Part shown: piece after piece, positions 28,440 through 43,627 of the stretch | How positions within the stretch are numbered: position 1 is the first letter of the stretch | Layout of the letters: the number at the start of each line of letters is the position of its first letter | From: Blastocystis sp. Blastoise | Taxonomy: Eukaryota; Protista; Bigyra: Opalinata | Direction of reading: 5' to 3' | NCBI GenBank assembly: GCA_039096225.1 | Contig: JBBPEB010000032.1 | Location: 992,001-1,056,000, forward strand | DNA length: 64,000 nucleotides | Notes under the pieces: generated by a model | What the model was told of the DNA's origin: nothing | The model's input: only the letters and a program-made list of their open reading frames with translations | Database searches by the model: none | Made by a program: the position numbers and the translations under genes

Positions 28440-31400
28440 TCATTGCTTTGCATGACAGACTGGACAAATGTTTAGTTTGGCTTGAATGGACATATGACCT
28501 ATAAAAGAATGAAATATAATATTAAGAAATAATTGTTTGTACTATAACTATATACATGTTCGACAAGTTTTGACCTATAGAAATAAAAAATAATTTATAA
28601 GTAATAATAGTAAAATAATATAAAAGTACGTTTTCTTTAGAAATTTGTATTGTATTGACTTTACATTCTATAGAAAAAAAATAAAAACTATCAACTATTA
28701 GAAAAGAATAAGAAATAAAAAATTATATATATTCTTTTACCTTTAGGAAATATAGAAAATCCTTCTTTCTCTACAAGTTCTCGAATTTCTTCTTTTTCTT
28801 CAAGGGAAACAGATTGAATAGTACTTTCAAGTTTATTTTTCTGGATGTTCGTTGTAGATGGATTTGTGTTCGTTGATTTTGATAGAATATGAGAGAGAGA
28901 TGGAGGTATTGGGGGTTGTAGTGCTTTAGTTGTGGGAAAAGACGAGGGAGGATGAGATGGAGAATGTAATACAGATAGATTAGGAAATCCTGGAAGAGAA
29001 GAAAGAAGAGATTCTAGTTGTGAAGAAGAAGAAGAAGAAGAAGAAATATGTTGATTATTGTGTGTTACTCTAGGGGAGTTGATTTGAGAATCAATAGGTG
29101 AGTTTTTCTGTTTATTTTCATTAAGATATTCAACTGGATGGTTTTGAATAATAGTATTTATAGCTTTACTAGCATCAGTGAAAGATGGAGAAGAAGAAGA
29201 AAATGATGAAGATGAAGAAGAGAGTTTCATTTCAGTAGTAGGATGTATAGATATAGGATTAGATGTATGTTTTTCTTGGTAATCCTTCGTATGTGAAGGG
29301 ATATCAAGATCCTCTGAAGGGGAGGGAATTGAAAGAGAAGATGATGAAGAAGTAAGAATAGTATTCTTTTGACCGTTAATTATAGTTATAAGATCTATGG
29401 ACTCTTGTTTACGCAATAATATATGTTCATGAATGTCCTATATATATAAGTATATAATTATAATATGAAGAAAATAATTATTAATATTGGTAGAATGAAT
29501 AGTATATAGAATTAATATCGAATCATAAATATACTACTTTAAGATCTTGAATAATTTTCAACATCGATAAGTAATTGTAATAACGTGTAAGATATTTAGT
29601 ATATATATCTATATAGGTAGATGAATAGAGTAGATATTTATTAAGAAGAAGTCGAATTTCCTTTCGTTGCTTTGAATTTGATAATTGATATTCTTTTATT
29701 TTTGCCTAAAAGAGAAGGTTTTAGTATAATAATAAGATTAGGAAGATAATAAATAAAATAAATAGAATAAATACAATATATAATAAATAGAATATATAAT
29801 AAATAGAATATATAATAAATATAATAAATATAATAAATATAATAAATATAATAAATATAATAAATATAATAAATATAATAAATAATAAATATAATAAATA
29901 TAATAAATATAATAAATATAATAAATATAATAATAATAATAAAAAAAAAGAATAAATAAAATGAATACATATAAAAAAGTTAAATATTCTCCTTGTTTTT
30001 GTAATTCTGTTTTGATGATATATTCATTTTGTTTAAGAGTATTTCTAAGAGAGTCTTTGGCTGATTGTATGGTTTCAGCATCTGAAAGTCGACTGAAATG
30101 GTCATGATAAGAAAGAAGTTGACTAGGAAATATCTTGACAGAAGAAAATACTGTTTCTCTTTCTGTTAAATAAACATTAATATTTTTATATGCAGATTTT
30201 GCTATATCTCGTAATCGTTGTTGAGTAGAATTTATAGGAGTTATAAAGGAATGAAAATAAGATCTATATATAAGAATAGATAAAGAGGGTAAAGTATAAA
30301 GACACAATATAGTATATATATATATATAAACATATACTTATTGACATGGTTTAAAATATTGACATTATGTAAGTATTGAACACGTTTATAGAGTTCTTCA
30401 TCTTCTTTCTTATAAGATTGATAGATATTCGCTATAGATGATATTTGTGTAATTACAGAGGTATTCCAGGAGGAAGGACAATTCTGAGTCCATAAAGAAC
30501 CATATCTATATATATATAGTTTATCATAATTATAACGTAGAATATCGTATATAGTTGTATACATTTGTATATATTGAGAATAATCTTGTTGATCTTGTAT
30601 AACACCAATAGCTAAAGACTCGTAAATCTCTATATATATATATATATATGTTTATATAGGATATATCTTAAAGTGAGATAATATATACCGTTAATTCCAT
30701 ATTTAAGTTCACAAATAGAACTTTGAAATTGTTCTAATGTCTGTATATCTCCCTATATATATATATATATAGGCTAATATCGATTATATGTAAATAATAG
30801 GATAACATTCATTATATATATATATACAAGATAAATAATAGTATTACATCGATTATAAATCATATCTACAAAAGAAATTGAAGGATAATCACAATCAATC
30901 TATATATATACATATATATATATATATTATATATATATATATTATATACAATATCAGGAATTGATTCTGTTTGAAAATAATGATTAAGTTCCTGTTTACT
31001 CCTTTGAATATCTTTCTCAATATTAACCAATGTTTTAGAGATAGATAATTTATAATCAGATATATTATTATGTATCTATATATAATAATAAATATAAATT
31101 AATATAAATATAATATAAATAATATAAATAATATAAATATAATAAAAAAATAAATATAGATATAATAAATAATATAAAAATAATTAAAAAAATAAATATA
31201 AATATAATAATATAAAAATAATAAAAATAATAAATGTTTATATCAGTAATACAATTTATAATTTAAAATACCTGAATGATCGTTTTTGAAGTAGCGAATG
31301 GATGAGAGAGAGGAGATACACAATATATATCATTATCATTATAGGTCTATGCATTATATATATATATATAAGGAGATAGAAATATATACAGATAACTTTA

Positions 31401-33423
31401 AAATATCAGGAAATTCAAAGAAATGAATTGAAGAAGAAACATTACTGTTCTATATAAATCATATATATTATTGGATTTATATATTAATTAGAGAATACTT
31501 GAATAAATAGCAAAAAAAAAACTAAAGTAATGAAACATACAAGTATATAAATATATAAAATAAATATACAGAATTGATATGTAGTTCATTCATTTTATTC
31601 ATAGCAAGCTTCAAGGATGCAAATAATTCTTCATATATGAATGCGTATCGCGTATATAGTTCTTTCCAATCCTTAGTAAAAGGGGAATAATCAGTATTAT
31701 TCATAATAATAGAATTCTCTTCTAATAATAGACGACAATTCTTTAAGATCTCCTATATATATATATAATATCAAGTTGATAAAATAGATATATATTTCTA
31801 TTTATTATATTTAGGATCAATTAATAGTATATATTTATATGAAATACTATTTAAATAACAATATATATATATAAAGTTACTTGTGTTCTTTGAGAGCAGT
31901 TGATTATATTATTTTGACATTCATTATATCGACATTGAATGCTTGATTTATCTTCTGTTTTAAAGTAAGGATCTAATGAATTATATTGAGGAGGAGAAGA
32001 AGGAGATGGAGACAGAGAAGGAGACGCAGTTATTTGTGACTGTAAATAATAATGTAATGATTGTAGTATAGATATATAATGATCAAATAACCTTAAATAT
32101 GCTTTTATCTGGTATAAAAAACTATTGTACTATAGAAGAATCAATAGAATTATAAAAAACACTATAAATAACATGAAGAAATAAGTTATTCTTAAAATGA
32201 AAATAAATAAAATAATATAGAATAAACATACTTTTATAATAAAATAATAGCTTTTATTATAAAGACGAATGTTGTTTTCAATATAAGAGGATGCATCTGA
32301 TAAATATGTATAAATCTTATAAAAGAGACCAGACTTTGTATAATCATTTAATTGAATCTCAATACTACCTCCATATAATATATAAAAACAACCAAAGAAA
32401 AGATTCTCATACTACGTATATATAGGTAATAGAATTAATAATATATATTAATATATATTAAAAATTATCTTAAAAAACATAATAATATATATATATGTAT
32501 ATATATTTATCTTAGAAAAACATAAATAATAATAATATTTATACAAAAATTATCTAAAAAAAAATAATAATAATAATATATATGTATTTATCTTAGAATA
32601 AAATAAATAATGATATATATGTATTTATCTCACAACATAGTAAATAATAATAATAATAACTAAAAATAATAATAATAACAAATATAATTATATATATATA
32701 TATATATATAAAATACTATATACCATGTCTAATCCATCGTTTGTAAGTTCAGGACTCATTTCATTATGATCTAAACATGGATTAATAAACTGTTTTATAT
32801 ATCGAAGTAAACTTATCGCTTCTTCAAATGAACGAGTTCCAGTAATCACATCTAACAAAGGTGGTTCATTCTATAGAAATACGTTCATAATATAAACAAG
32901 AATTTTTTTGTTGACAATTATAAATAAAATATACAAATAGGATATTCATGGAAGGATTCACAATGGCAAAAACTAAATTAATCAAAATATGTTGTTTTTC
33001 AAAAAGAATTGTTTGACCATAAGAAATATTATTTAAAAAAGGATTTATCCACGTAAACATACATTCTTTTTTCTATAGGAAATTCACTTAGATTGTGACG
33101 AAATAAATAAAAAAAATAAATAATTAAGGAAATACTGAATCAAATTGATAAGGCATAACAGATTCGATTATGGATATATAATAAACAAATTCTTCTACGA
33201 GTTGCTTAATAATATGAGTTGGTATGGAACTCAGATCTTGTAACTGTTTTCGGGTATTGTCATAATTGCTACAGAATGAATTCAAGTCAGATAGATCGAT
33301 CTATAATTAATATAAATAATGAATTAAATACTAAAATACTGATGGATCAGCTTCAAGGATTTGGGATTTTATAATATATGAAACATTTTTTCTAGAAGTA
33401 GTATAATATGGGAAATCAATCAT
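28440..33423 (-). CDS. BRO1/ALIX-like protein with Ser/Pro-rich tail and C-terminal C4 zinc ribbon, multi-exon
   Basis: N-terminal ...CMFTWINPF...ILFEKQHILINL resembles the Bro1 F.W.D...FEK..VLFN motif; helical middle; Ser/Pro-rich exon ~28741-29437; last exons splice to VKTCRTCHMSIQAKLNICPVCHAKQ*. Not every internal junction was checked. Confidence 0.6.
29790..29935. repeat. 9-bp (AATAAATAT)n intronic minisatellite
   Basis: Same unit as the 22457-22767 repeat. Confidence 0.9.
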
Positions 33424-34253
33424 TGTTAACGTATTAAAATGGACATAGCTATCTTGATATTGATTATATTAAGAGAAAAACCATTTTTTCATGGGTTACT
33501 TTTATCAACGAGTCAATTTATTGGAAAATGTTGATGGATTAGCCAATAAAAGGGTTATTCTTTGTTAACTTTATTTTTTTTTAATTGTTTTTATTGCTAT
33601 TTATGTGATTACGATTTCTTATTTAATGGGAAATGTTAGTGGAGTTTACATACAACTCACTGAACAATAAACCTCTTTTCTTTTGTCTTGTTTTATGTTT
33701 TATATTTTATGATTCTAGTCGTCCTGAGGTTAGTTGATGTTTCTAGGCTTTTAAAAATAAATCACTGATATTGATTTCATAAAAATCATGAAATAAGATA
33801 TATATTGTTTGATTGATTACAAATGACTGTTGGAACAAGTCTTGTTCAAGCTGTTCTTTGAGTGTATTTAGTTTTTAAGAGAATTTCATCACATTTTGTG
33901 TTTTGAAGTGTACAAGAAATTTATGGTTTTTTTTTGGTTGTTATAATGAAAGAGGGTTTTCATGGGACACTAGAATAGTTGCTTGGTAAATGATGATGAT
34001 CAGTATTCTATAAGAGAGGATGTGTGTATGTTTGTGTGAATAGAGAACAATATAAAGAAATGAGATACAGAAAATATACATAACACTAGTGATGGGAAAA
34101 GTTGAAGTTAATAAATATAGACTTAAATATTATTAAAAAATAAAATAAACTGGAAATGAAACATGATATAAATAGATATGAGCAATATATGTATTATAAT
34201 AGATATGATAAAAGCATTTAGATATTGAGAAGAAAAGAAGAGGTCTATTATTC

Positions 34254-34557
34254 TTATTGCTTCTCAACATCTTTTTCACGATTATTATTATTTAATAAAG
34301 GAGATTTCTCTTGATTATCGGTATTCTTCTTTTTGAGATACTTTAAACTACGTTCTTCTTGTCTACTTTTAAGTGTTTTAGTAGTTTTAATAGGAACAGG
34401 AGTCTATATAATAATATTATATAATAATAATAATAAATATATATATATGTACAGTATTTAGAGTATTATTGAAAGGTGTATTCATTTTGATGGGAGTGAT
34501 GACGCTATAAATATGGAAATATATTAATAGAATATAATAATAATAATAATAATAAAC

Positions 34558-34613
<56 letters not shown>

Positions 34614-36170
34614 TTGGTTAATAATAATAATATCTCAGATAATAATAATAATAATAAATAATATATAATAATAATAATAATAATAATATATATATATACC
34701 TTGAAGAAGAAGTAGATGTTTTGGGTTGAACAAATGTTTCAAAAACAACATTTTCTTCATGTTGAATATTATCAAGTTTCTTGAAAGCACAACATTGGAA
34801 TACTGTTCCAAAAATGAATATAAACATGAAAATACCAAGATAGATATACCAATATATAGGGATATCATGATTATTGAAATATTCATAAAACTCGTCAGAA
34901 AGGGGATTTGGCCATTGACCTATAAATTGGCTTAATCTATATAGATATATTAATAATAATAATAATAGTAATTAAAAAAAAATAAGACAAACAAAATTGA
35001 ATGTATATATTATTAATATACCCAAAAGTAATAGCTAGAGACCCCAATATTGAAGTACAAAAGATGACACATTCCCTATAATAAGTAATAATAGAAAAAG
35101 AAATAATAACATAAATAAATAATAATAAACAAAATAAAAAGCTACATAATAAATAAAATAATAAATATAATAAAAAGCAACATAATAAACAACATAATAA
35201 ACATAATAAATTATAATAAATAATAATAATAAACATAATAAACATAATAAACATAATAAACAATAATAAACAAATAACAACATAATAAACATAATAAACA
35301 TAATAAACAATAATAAACAAATAACCATAATAAACATAATAAATAATAAATAATAAACAAATAACCATAATAACAACATAATAAACATAATAAACAAATA
35401 GCAATAATAATAATATTTCATACTTATATACAAGGGAGAAACCTGCCATTAACAGAGTAAAAAATAACATGGTGTAATACAATAAATAATCACTTCGAAC
35501 ACTAATAAAACCAATGGGAATACCATATATATAGAAAGAAAGAAGACAACCAACAATTGATCCTTTATATAATAATGAATTATTTATAATTATAAACAAA
35601 TAATAAAGTATAAATAAATATATATATATATATATATATATAAACATTGTTAATCTATTAAAATACCGTAAATAAAAGTACCAAATGGACTAAGAAGACA
35701 CATAAGAATACCTATGAAAATACCCATGCAAACGGCGACTACAATATTCACCCAAAGAAGAGATGATTGACTATTAAAACATTATAGATATGAATAAAAT
35801 GATAAATAAATACTCAACTGAAGAACTACATAAGTAATTACAAATAATTGCAGAAGGAATGGAACCAATAATAAAACCTACCAAGAAAAAAGTTGACTAC
35901 ACATAGAAATTATGTTATATTTTAATTTAAATAATAGTTGATAAATACTTTTAAAATCTTGAATCCGAGAGTAGCTTGTATAAGTCCAATAATCATTAAA
36001 AGAGCAATAAATATAATTCGATATTGTTGATAGAAATTAAGAATTTGAATCCAATCATTAGGATCAATGAAATCAGAAAAATCTTTTGGTCCAAATGGAT
36101 TTGAGGCTGTAGGCATAGCTACACTTCCAATAATGAACATGACAAAGAAAAGGGCTGTATAGCTTCTCAT
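34254..36170 (-). CDS. DUF4203 / TM7S3-TMEM198-like multi-pass membrane protein
   Basis: Signal-like N-terminus, IGLIQATLGFKILK..FFLVGF, IFCTSILGSLAITFG.D and GTVFQ pattern typical of DUF4203; charged C-terminal tail ending DVEKQ*. Confidence 0.75.
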
Positions 36171-36598
36171 CAAATATCGACTGTATAAAAAAATAAATAG
36201 AAATAAAATTAAAAAACACAATAGAAAAAAATCATTTTTTATAAATGAGATTAATTTGAATATTTAAGGTCATTTTTAAGTTTTATCGTGAATAATGAAA
36301 GAACACATTGGCGATAGTAAAATAGTTTATTTTCATATATATATATTCTTTTGGATAAATTATTTTGCTTTTGAATGATTAGTTATGAATGAATATAGTA
36401 TATTTGTTTTGATGAATAAAGATAATAATAGTTAAAAAGATAATCATAATAAATAAAAAACGATTATACAAAACAAAAAGTGTATAAGATATAATATTGT
36501 TAAAAACATACACGTACATATAGACATAGAAGTAAACAAATAAACAATTGGATAAAATATAAAATAAGATGAGTCTGACTTGAATCAAAAAAAATAAA

Positions 36599-36879
36599 TT
36601 AATTGTCTTTCTTATATATTTTGACTTGATTGTCTTTCCATAAGGCAATAGGTTCAAGATGGAATGAAGCCATTGGAATCATGTAAAATTTCAATAATCT
36701 ACATTGTTCAGGATTAAGTATTTTTCCTTCTTCACAAACTAAATATTCTTTTGTTAAAGTTAAAACACCATCTTTTAATATAACAGGAAGCTTCAACTTT
36801 TTGAATTCTTCTAACATCGAATGAGCAAATGGCATAGGTCCTTCAGGAATAACAAATTTCTATTAAAAAAAATGTTTTA

Positions 36880-36935
<56 letters not shown>

Positions 36936-37519
36936 AAATAAAATAAACAATTATAAATACATACTTGAGTTGAAATAAATCCACTACGGGCATAATCTTG
37001 AATGTGATATTCTGAGAAAAACTTAAGAACTTCTTCTTCAGATCTGTTTGTCATAAATAAAGTAGCATTACCATTTAAAAAAGGAGCTAATTCATGGATA
37101 TTATCTCTATATTCTTCAGCAGTTGTCTTACCAAGAGCAAATGACATAACTCTATTTTTTCCTAAAAAGAATCTATACATGATAAAATATATTTTTCTTA
37201 TGTAAATTAAATGATATGAATAAGCGTATCGACATGTACACGAAAGTTAAAGGAAATAATATAATCAAAATATAAAGATATATACCTTGAATCAGCAAAT
37301 TGAGCACGAAGTTCTTTAAAAGCATTAGATCTCATATTGAAAAAATCAAAAACATAGACACTAGAATATTCATCTACAGCTGCACGAATCTTATTCACTA
37401 AATCGTCTTTTAATTCTTTTCCTTTTTTGTCAGTTTTAGTTAAACTTACTAATATTTATAAAATACTTTATTCATAATCTATATAACATACCAACACGGC
37501 TTCTCTTAGATTTAGGCAT
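36599..37519 (-). CDS. MRT4: mRNA turnover protein 4 / 60S ribosome assembly factor (uL10-like), 4 exons
   Basis: MPKSKRSRV|VSLTKTDKKGKELK...NMRSNAFKELR..F.DSRFFLGKNRVM...DYARSGF...LNPEQCRLLKF. Confidence 0.95.
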
Positions 37520-38409
37520 GACTTATTACTTATTCTATATAAAAATATGGTTGGCTTACAACAGGCTTTTTTTTACAACAAGCTTTATGGCTATGTACAC
37601 CAATTATTCAGTTTCCCATGGTTATTCTGATAATCATAGTTGAAATTCTTATTTTCTCATGTTTCTTTTTTTCTTTTTGACTTTTGAATCAGTTATTTTT
37701 TTTCCCTAGGAAAATGATAAAAAATCGTGATTGTTTTTCATTGACATTTTTATTTGTTATTTATCTTCTTTAGAAAGTTGTGAGAATTTATAATGTTTCT
37801 CTAGATAAATGAATACATAATAGATATGTAATTATCAGAAGAATCGTTATTAATAATAAGTCTCTAAAGGATTAATCCAATTTTCTTAGGAATTAAAGTT
37901 CTTAAATAACTGAATTTTAGATCATTGACCTAATCAACAATAGATACATATCTTAAAATGATCTAAATGATGATTCCACGATAAGTTTTGAATCATTATT
38001 GATATGAAGTTCTATATTATTCAATATTCTTATATCATTGGGCTTTCTATTTTGATATCCAGTTCTTTGTGAATTTCTTAATTCATCAATAGTTTTTCAA
38101 TTATTTTTATACTGATAATTCTTCATTTATAAAATGTATAAATAGTCTGATCAATTTGATTAAGTGCTCTAAGTATAAAATATATAATATACTATCACAT
38201 TTTTATTGAAACTCTTTAATAAAAGTCATTTGAAAATATCAGAATAAAACAATCATGAAATTACGTATCCACTTAAGTCATTTCTTATATATTCCCTTGA
38301 TATTTTTCTAAGCATTTTTTTGAGTTTTAAACCTTTCATATTTCAATGATTCATTATGTTTTAAATAGAATATCTAATTTTCAAAGTATTCACTTATTGC
38401 CTTATTCAA

Positions 38410-41400
38410 AAAGTACCTTTTAAACACAAAGATACAAGATCATTTATCATTGTAGATGAAATTGAGTGATATCAGACACAAATTCGTTGCTGGATAATGA
38501 TAAATGTATTTGTATATGTATAGAAACTATTTAATTACGTTTAGATTTATTTACATTTCAAGATGAGACACAGTTGTGGATTTCTAAAGAATTTATAGAG
38601 AAATATTCTGAGTTACCCTTTTATGATATGATCAAACACTCTGAAAAATATGAGGATGATAGTTATTATATAGATCTACCTTATTCTCCTATGAAAAAAG
38701 TGATTCACTTCTTAATGGAAGACAATATTGAGATTTCCTTTTAATTCTACAAGATAGTTATGATATATATAAAATACTTATTGAATGTTAAGTTATGATT
38801 GATAAAGGAATTCAAAGTGATTGATTAATTCATATTAAAGAATTATTCTATAATTATTTGAATGAAGTAATTATTTTGTATAAAGTTATAATGATAAAAA
38901 TAGCCTACTAATAGGCCTTTGGAAGTATTTAGTTCAGATGATAAAGGAATATATATAAACAGTAATTCTATATTATTATATACAAGTATAATATATATAG
39001 GCTTAGTTACATCAAAACAAAAAGAAGAATTATTATAGTATTCACTTCTTTTAAAAATAATAAATATTATTACAGTTGAAATTGAATGTATATATGTTTT
39101 AGTATACTAAAAATTATGATACTGAATATATAGATCCATATACATCGAATATTCCATTAGAATATATATGCCCATTGTGTATTACAGTTTTATTCCCTTC
39201 ATTACAAAGAATAACTATTTGTGGTATATATATAACATAATAGAATATATATACTATATTATATATGTAAAATAATAATATAATATATATAATATAATAT
39301 AATAATATAATATATATAATATAATATAATAATATATGATATAATAATATATAATATAATAATATATAGTCAGTACAAATTATAAGAAGACTCAACTATT
39401 AATAAATCCAAATAGTGAGGAATATATTATGGAATATACTTGCAAATCTGATAAATATTATTATGAAATAGATAATCGTGAAAAATATAGTTATTACAAT
39501 GAATCAGATATGAATAAATATAATAAGATTTCGTCTGTAGATATTAATAATTAAGATATTATCTATGATTTAATTGATTCCTATAATAGAAAAAGACGAA
39601 AGAGTCAATTACCGAGATTATATAAATGTGTTGTTAATGAAGTTATCTATACAGATGATTATTTATACGCAGACATTAGTGAAATGAATTATGCTTATAC
39701 AGTAAAAGATACAATTATTATGGAATATGATAGTATGTTTTAGTATAGAAATATTTGGCTTTTATTATTATATATAGATAAAACAAATGAAAAAATATTT
39801 TCATATGTATATTTTTTATGGTTTGTTTAAATATATATAAAACAGTATTAATCAAGTATCTTTTCAATATGGTATATCTCAATTATTATGTCTTCCTTCC
39901 TATTTCTCTATTTCAAAAATCATTACACTATGTAGTAAGTAAATAAATAAATATATATATATATATATATAATACTTTAAATGATCTCTTTTAGATGTTT
40001 ACTCAAAATATGAGGTTATGATTGTTCTGAAGCTTTGGAAGAGGTGTTTTCGATTATTTAACAATATTAAGTGTATTGTGGAGTATTATATTTATTATTC
40101 TTTTTATTATTATTATTATATATTAGAAAACTACAATACCATCTATATAATTAATTATATCTATCTTTTAATAGATAAATTGATTTATTGTTTTCCACAT
40201 TTAAAAGAATTATTAGAAAAAGATCTAATATCAGTTAATACAATTTATAGTATTATTTGTTTGCATATTATATTCTAAATATATTATTCTATATAGATGA
40301 TACATCTGATTCTGTCAAGATCAAAAAATTATATTATTTTGAAAATTATAAACAAAATATTGATAGGTTGGATATTACATTTAAAAGTATTCATATATAC
40401 TTAATAAATATATATTCTTAATATCTATAATTATTTAATACAGATAAGATGAGTATGGTAGTAATACAAATAAAACTGATATACATAATTCTTTAAAATC
40501 ATTAAAGAGTAGTATATTTCAACATTTGAATAAGTTAACTGTTTCATGTATATTCATCACTTTTATATTATTATCTACTCTATATAATATCTATAGTTGA
40601 TTATAGTATTAGTATAGAATATTTAAAATGGTTATCTGGTCTTTTTATTGACAATAAACTCAATTCCATCCATATATTAAACACTATTTATATTTTATAG
40701 TATAAAATATATCAATATGTATAGTATTTTCTATCGTAAAAGATAAGCGATCTCACTTTTTTACTATATTTGAAAGTATTATGGAGAAATTAATTCCTAA
40801 AGCTTCTATTGTTGTTGTCAAAAGTAATCATTTATGTATTTTTATTATTAATTATGATAACAATTATATTAATATATAAATATTATTATAAAAAGGTGAT
40901 AGGAGTGTTATAAACCAATTTATTCGAAAAGGCTATTTTCAAAATATATCTCAATTAACTATAGGTATATATATATGCTATATAGGTTAAAAAATTCAAT
41001 TATGATATATTTTAAATTTTATTCTATTTCTATATGAATAATATTTTAGAAACTAATGACATCCCCGATGACAACTTTTTTGAAATATATACAACAGAAA
41101 ATATCCATCACTTAGAATCAATTGAGCGTATTTAATAATTAATATATATTATATTTAAATCAATATAATTTACATGGTTTATTTTATATAATAATAACTC
41201 TTTTGATCATGTATTATATTTATAATCTACAGATCACTATGATACAGAATGGTTGAATGCTTTTATTAAATAATTATATAAATATATTCATAATAATACC
41301 TTTCCATTATCAAATTCTATTCGATTAATTAGTATGCTGCAATAATAATCATATTTATTAATATAATTATTCTATAGATACGATTTATTTTAATAATCAT

Positions 41401-41826
41401 TTAATTTATAATTCTAATAATTCTGTTTTCAGGTTTAAATATGATACTAATTCATGCATTGATACAATTATTGGTACCAACAGATATATATGTATAAATA
41501 TCTTTGTATATATATTTATATAGATAAAGTGATGAATGAATATGAGATCGAAACATTTTTTGAATGTTTAAATGAAAACAGAATTCAACAGTTAAGAAAC
41601 TTAAGAATATATGTTTATGATGATGAAGAATCATCAAAACTTATCAATTTTATTACTACTGGAAAAATTCCTAAATTGAGAGAATTTCTATTTATGTCAG
41701 TATGTATACGGTAATTTATATTATATTATATTCTATAGGTTGTGATATATTATATAAACAAATTGATATCCATAAACAAGGATTGGAAGAATGGTCATTT
41801 ATACAAAAGAATCATGTATATTACAA
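38410..41826 (+). pseudogene. Decayed multi-exon gene of a lineage-expanded family (BTB-like N-terminus, LRR-like C-terminus)
   Basis: Coding-like exons with GT-AG borders (LHFQDETQLWISKEFIEKYSELPFYDMIKHSEKYEDDSYYIDL; IPLEYICP; FPHLKEL; LINFITTGKIPKLREF) interrupted by several stops and frameshifts (e.g. ~38741, 38822, 39037). Confidence 0.75.
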
Positions 41827-42070
41827 ATTTGAAGAAGTATATTAACTTAATATAATTCTTACTTATTTATTATATTCATTGATAAATTTGATTCATTTTT
41901 TTATATACTTATTATTTTTTAATATTAATCATATGCATAATAAAGCGTTAGCTTTGTTTTAAAATAATGGATAATTAGTCATAAATATATGCACATTAAA
42001 ATAAAATTGTTTTTAATATTTTGATTATGTTATGTTATACAAAAAATTTCCGAAGCTCATTTATTTAGAG

Positions 42071-43267
42071 ATATCTACAATTGACGCGCATTTCTGGGTA
42101 TAATTGACGCGCAGTTATTTCTTTTTTTAAGTTTTTATTCAATATGTTTCTTTTAATATTTACATAAATTAATTTTAAAATATTTAAATATGGTTTGATT
42201 AACATTTAAGACATGTATGTATCTTTTTTTTCTTTCTTTAACTCAGAAAGAATAATGGAATACAAATGAAAATGTTGATGTTTCATTGTCATATTTGAAT
42301 ATATTATAAAGAAATCGATGCATAGTATTAAGGAGTATTTAAGAAATTATAAGGAATTTACACACAACAATTAACTCACTTTGATTAAAAGTTGTTCTTT
42401 TTATCAATCTATTAAGTACCTCAAAGTCATCTCTATATATCTCGAATACAGAATATAAAGTGTAGTGTTTGATATTAAAATTTAATTTTTTATAATTCTT
42501 TGTAATTTTTGATTTATCTATTCATTAATATTTATATTATGGTAATCGATCTTTGATAATATATACACTCTAAAGGAACGCCTAATATTATATGGTACCA
42601 ATTTTTCTGGAAATATGATAATTACACCCCATTTTTATCTTCCTAAATTGTTTTATTTTTCTTTTAAACTATCAATATAGCATATATGTACTTTTAAATA
42701 TCATATCATAGCATTTTCAATATACAAAAATTGTTTATTACCTTTAAAATATGAAAAAATATCATTTATTTGTAATAAATCAACAAAAGAAACGTTGATT
42801 TTTCTCTATATTATTCCTTTTATATCACACATTTTTGACAATTCTCTTCTCTCTTCTAAATATTCAACAACGCTACAAGTTGCTATATTTACTTATATTA
42901 ATTTTGTTTCATTTAAAACAGTAAGAATTGAAATGCAACGTAATTGATGACATGAATATGTGATCTAAAAAAAGAGGCGATATTTGTTTATTCAATAGAG
43001 AATCATATTTAAAACATTTTGAATAAGTTTCATAAATTATGTCTTTTCAATTCTTACCTAAAAATAGGGGCATAAAAAAAATATTTTTGTCTTTTTAAAG
43101 ATGTGTAATGCGTTATATACTATAATAAATATATCATCAAATATGACCAACTTTATGAATATATATATAAATAATTAAAAAGTCTTTCTTAAAAAGAAAT
43201 AATATAAAAAATAACAAATAGAATTACGTGTCAATTATTCCCAGAAATGCGCGTCTAATGTAGATAT
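42071..43267. mobile_element. Non-autonomous TIR element (1.2 kb, ~46-bp TIRs), same end architecture as 13804-16598
   Basis: 42071-42116 versus reverse complement of 43222-43267: 40/46; two TGACGCG units in the left TIR; ends ATAT|CTAC...GTAG|ATAT. Confidence 0.75.
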
Positions 43268-43302
43268 ATATACTTTTTGAATTTGCATCAAGAAGCTTTT
43301 AT

Positions 43303-43366
43303 TTTTTAGGTGACGTCAGCATTAAATTAGAATTAATTTTTAGGTGACGTCAGCATTAAATTAGAA
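43303..43366. repeat. Two 34-bp tandem copies containing TGACGTCA
   Basis: TAGGTGACGTCAGCATTAAATTAG twice, sites at 43311 and 43345. Confidence 0.9.
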
Positions 43367-43627
43367 AAATATTAATATATCTATTAATATGCTATAAACA
43401 ACTAGTTAAACCAACAAAAGCACTTTTTAAAAAATATCAACATATATATTTTTTGATAAACTGATTAGGGTCGTCAATCTTGAACATTTTGCAATTAGTG
43501 ATTGTCCTACAAGCAACTTGTTTCACATATGATTGATTTGTACATCCAATGATTCTCTTTTTAATATATTATTATAAACATTAAACTTAGGTGTTATCCA
43601 AAAATTATTTATTATTTTAATGTTTTT

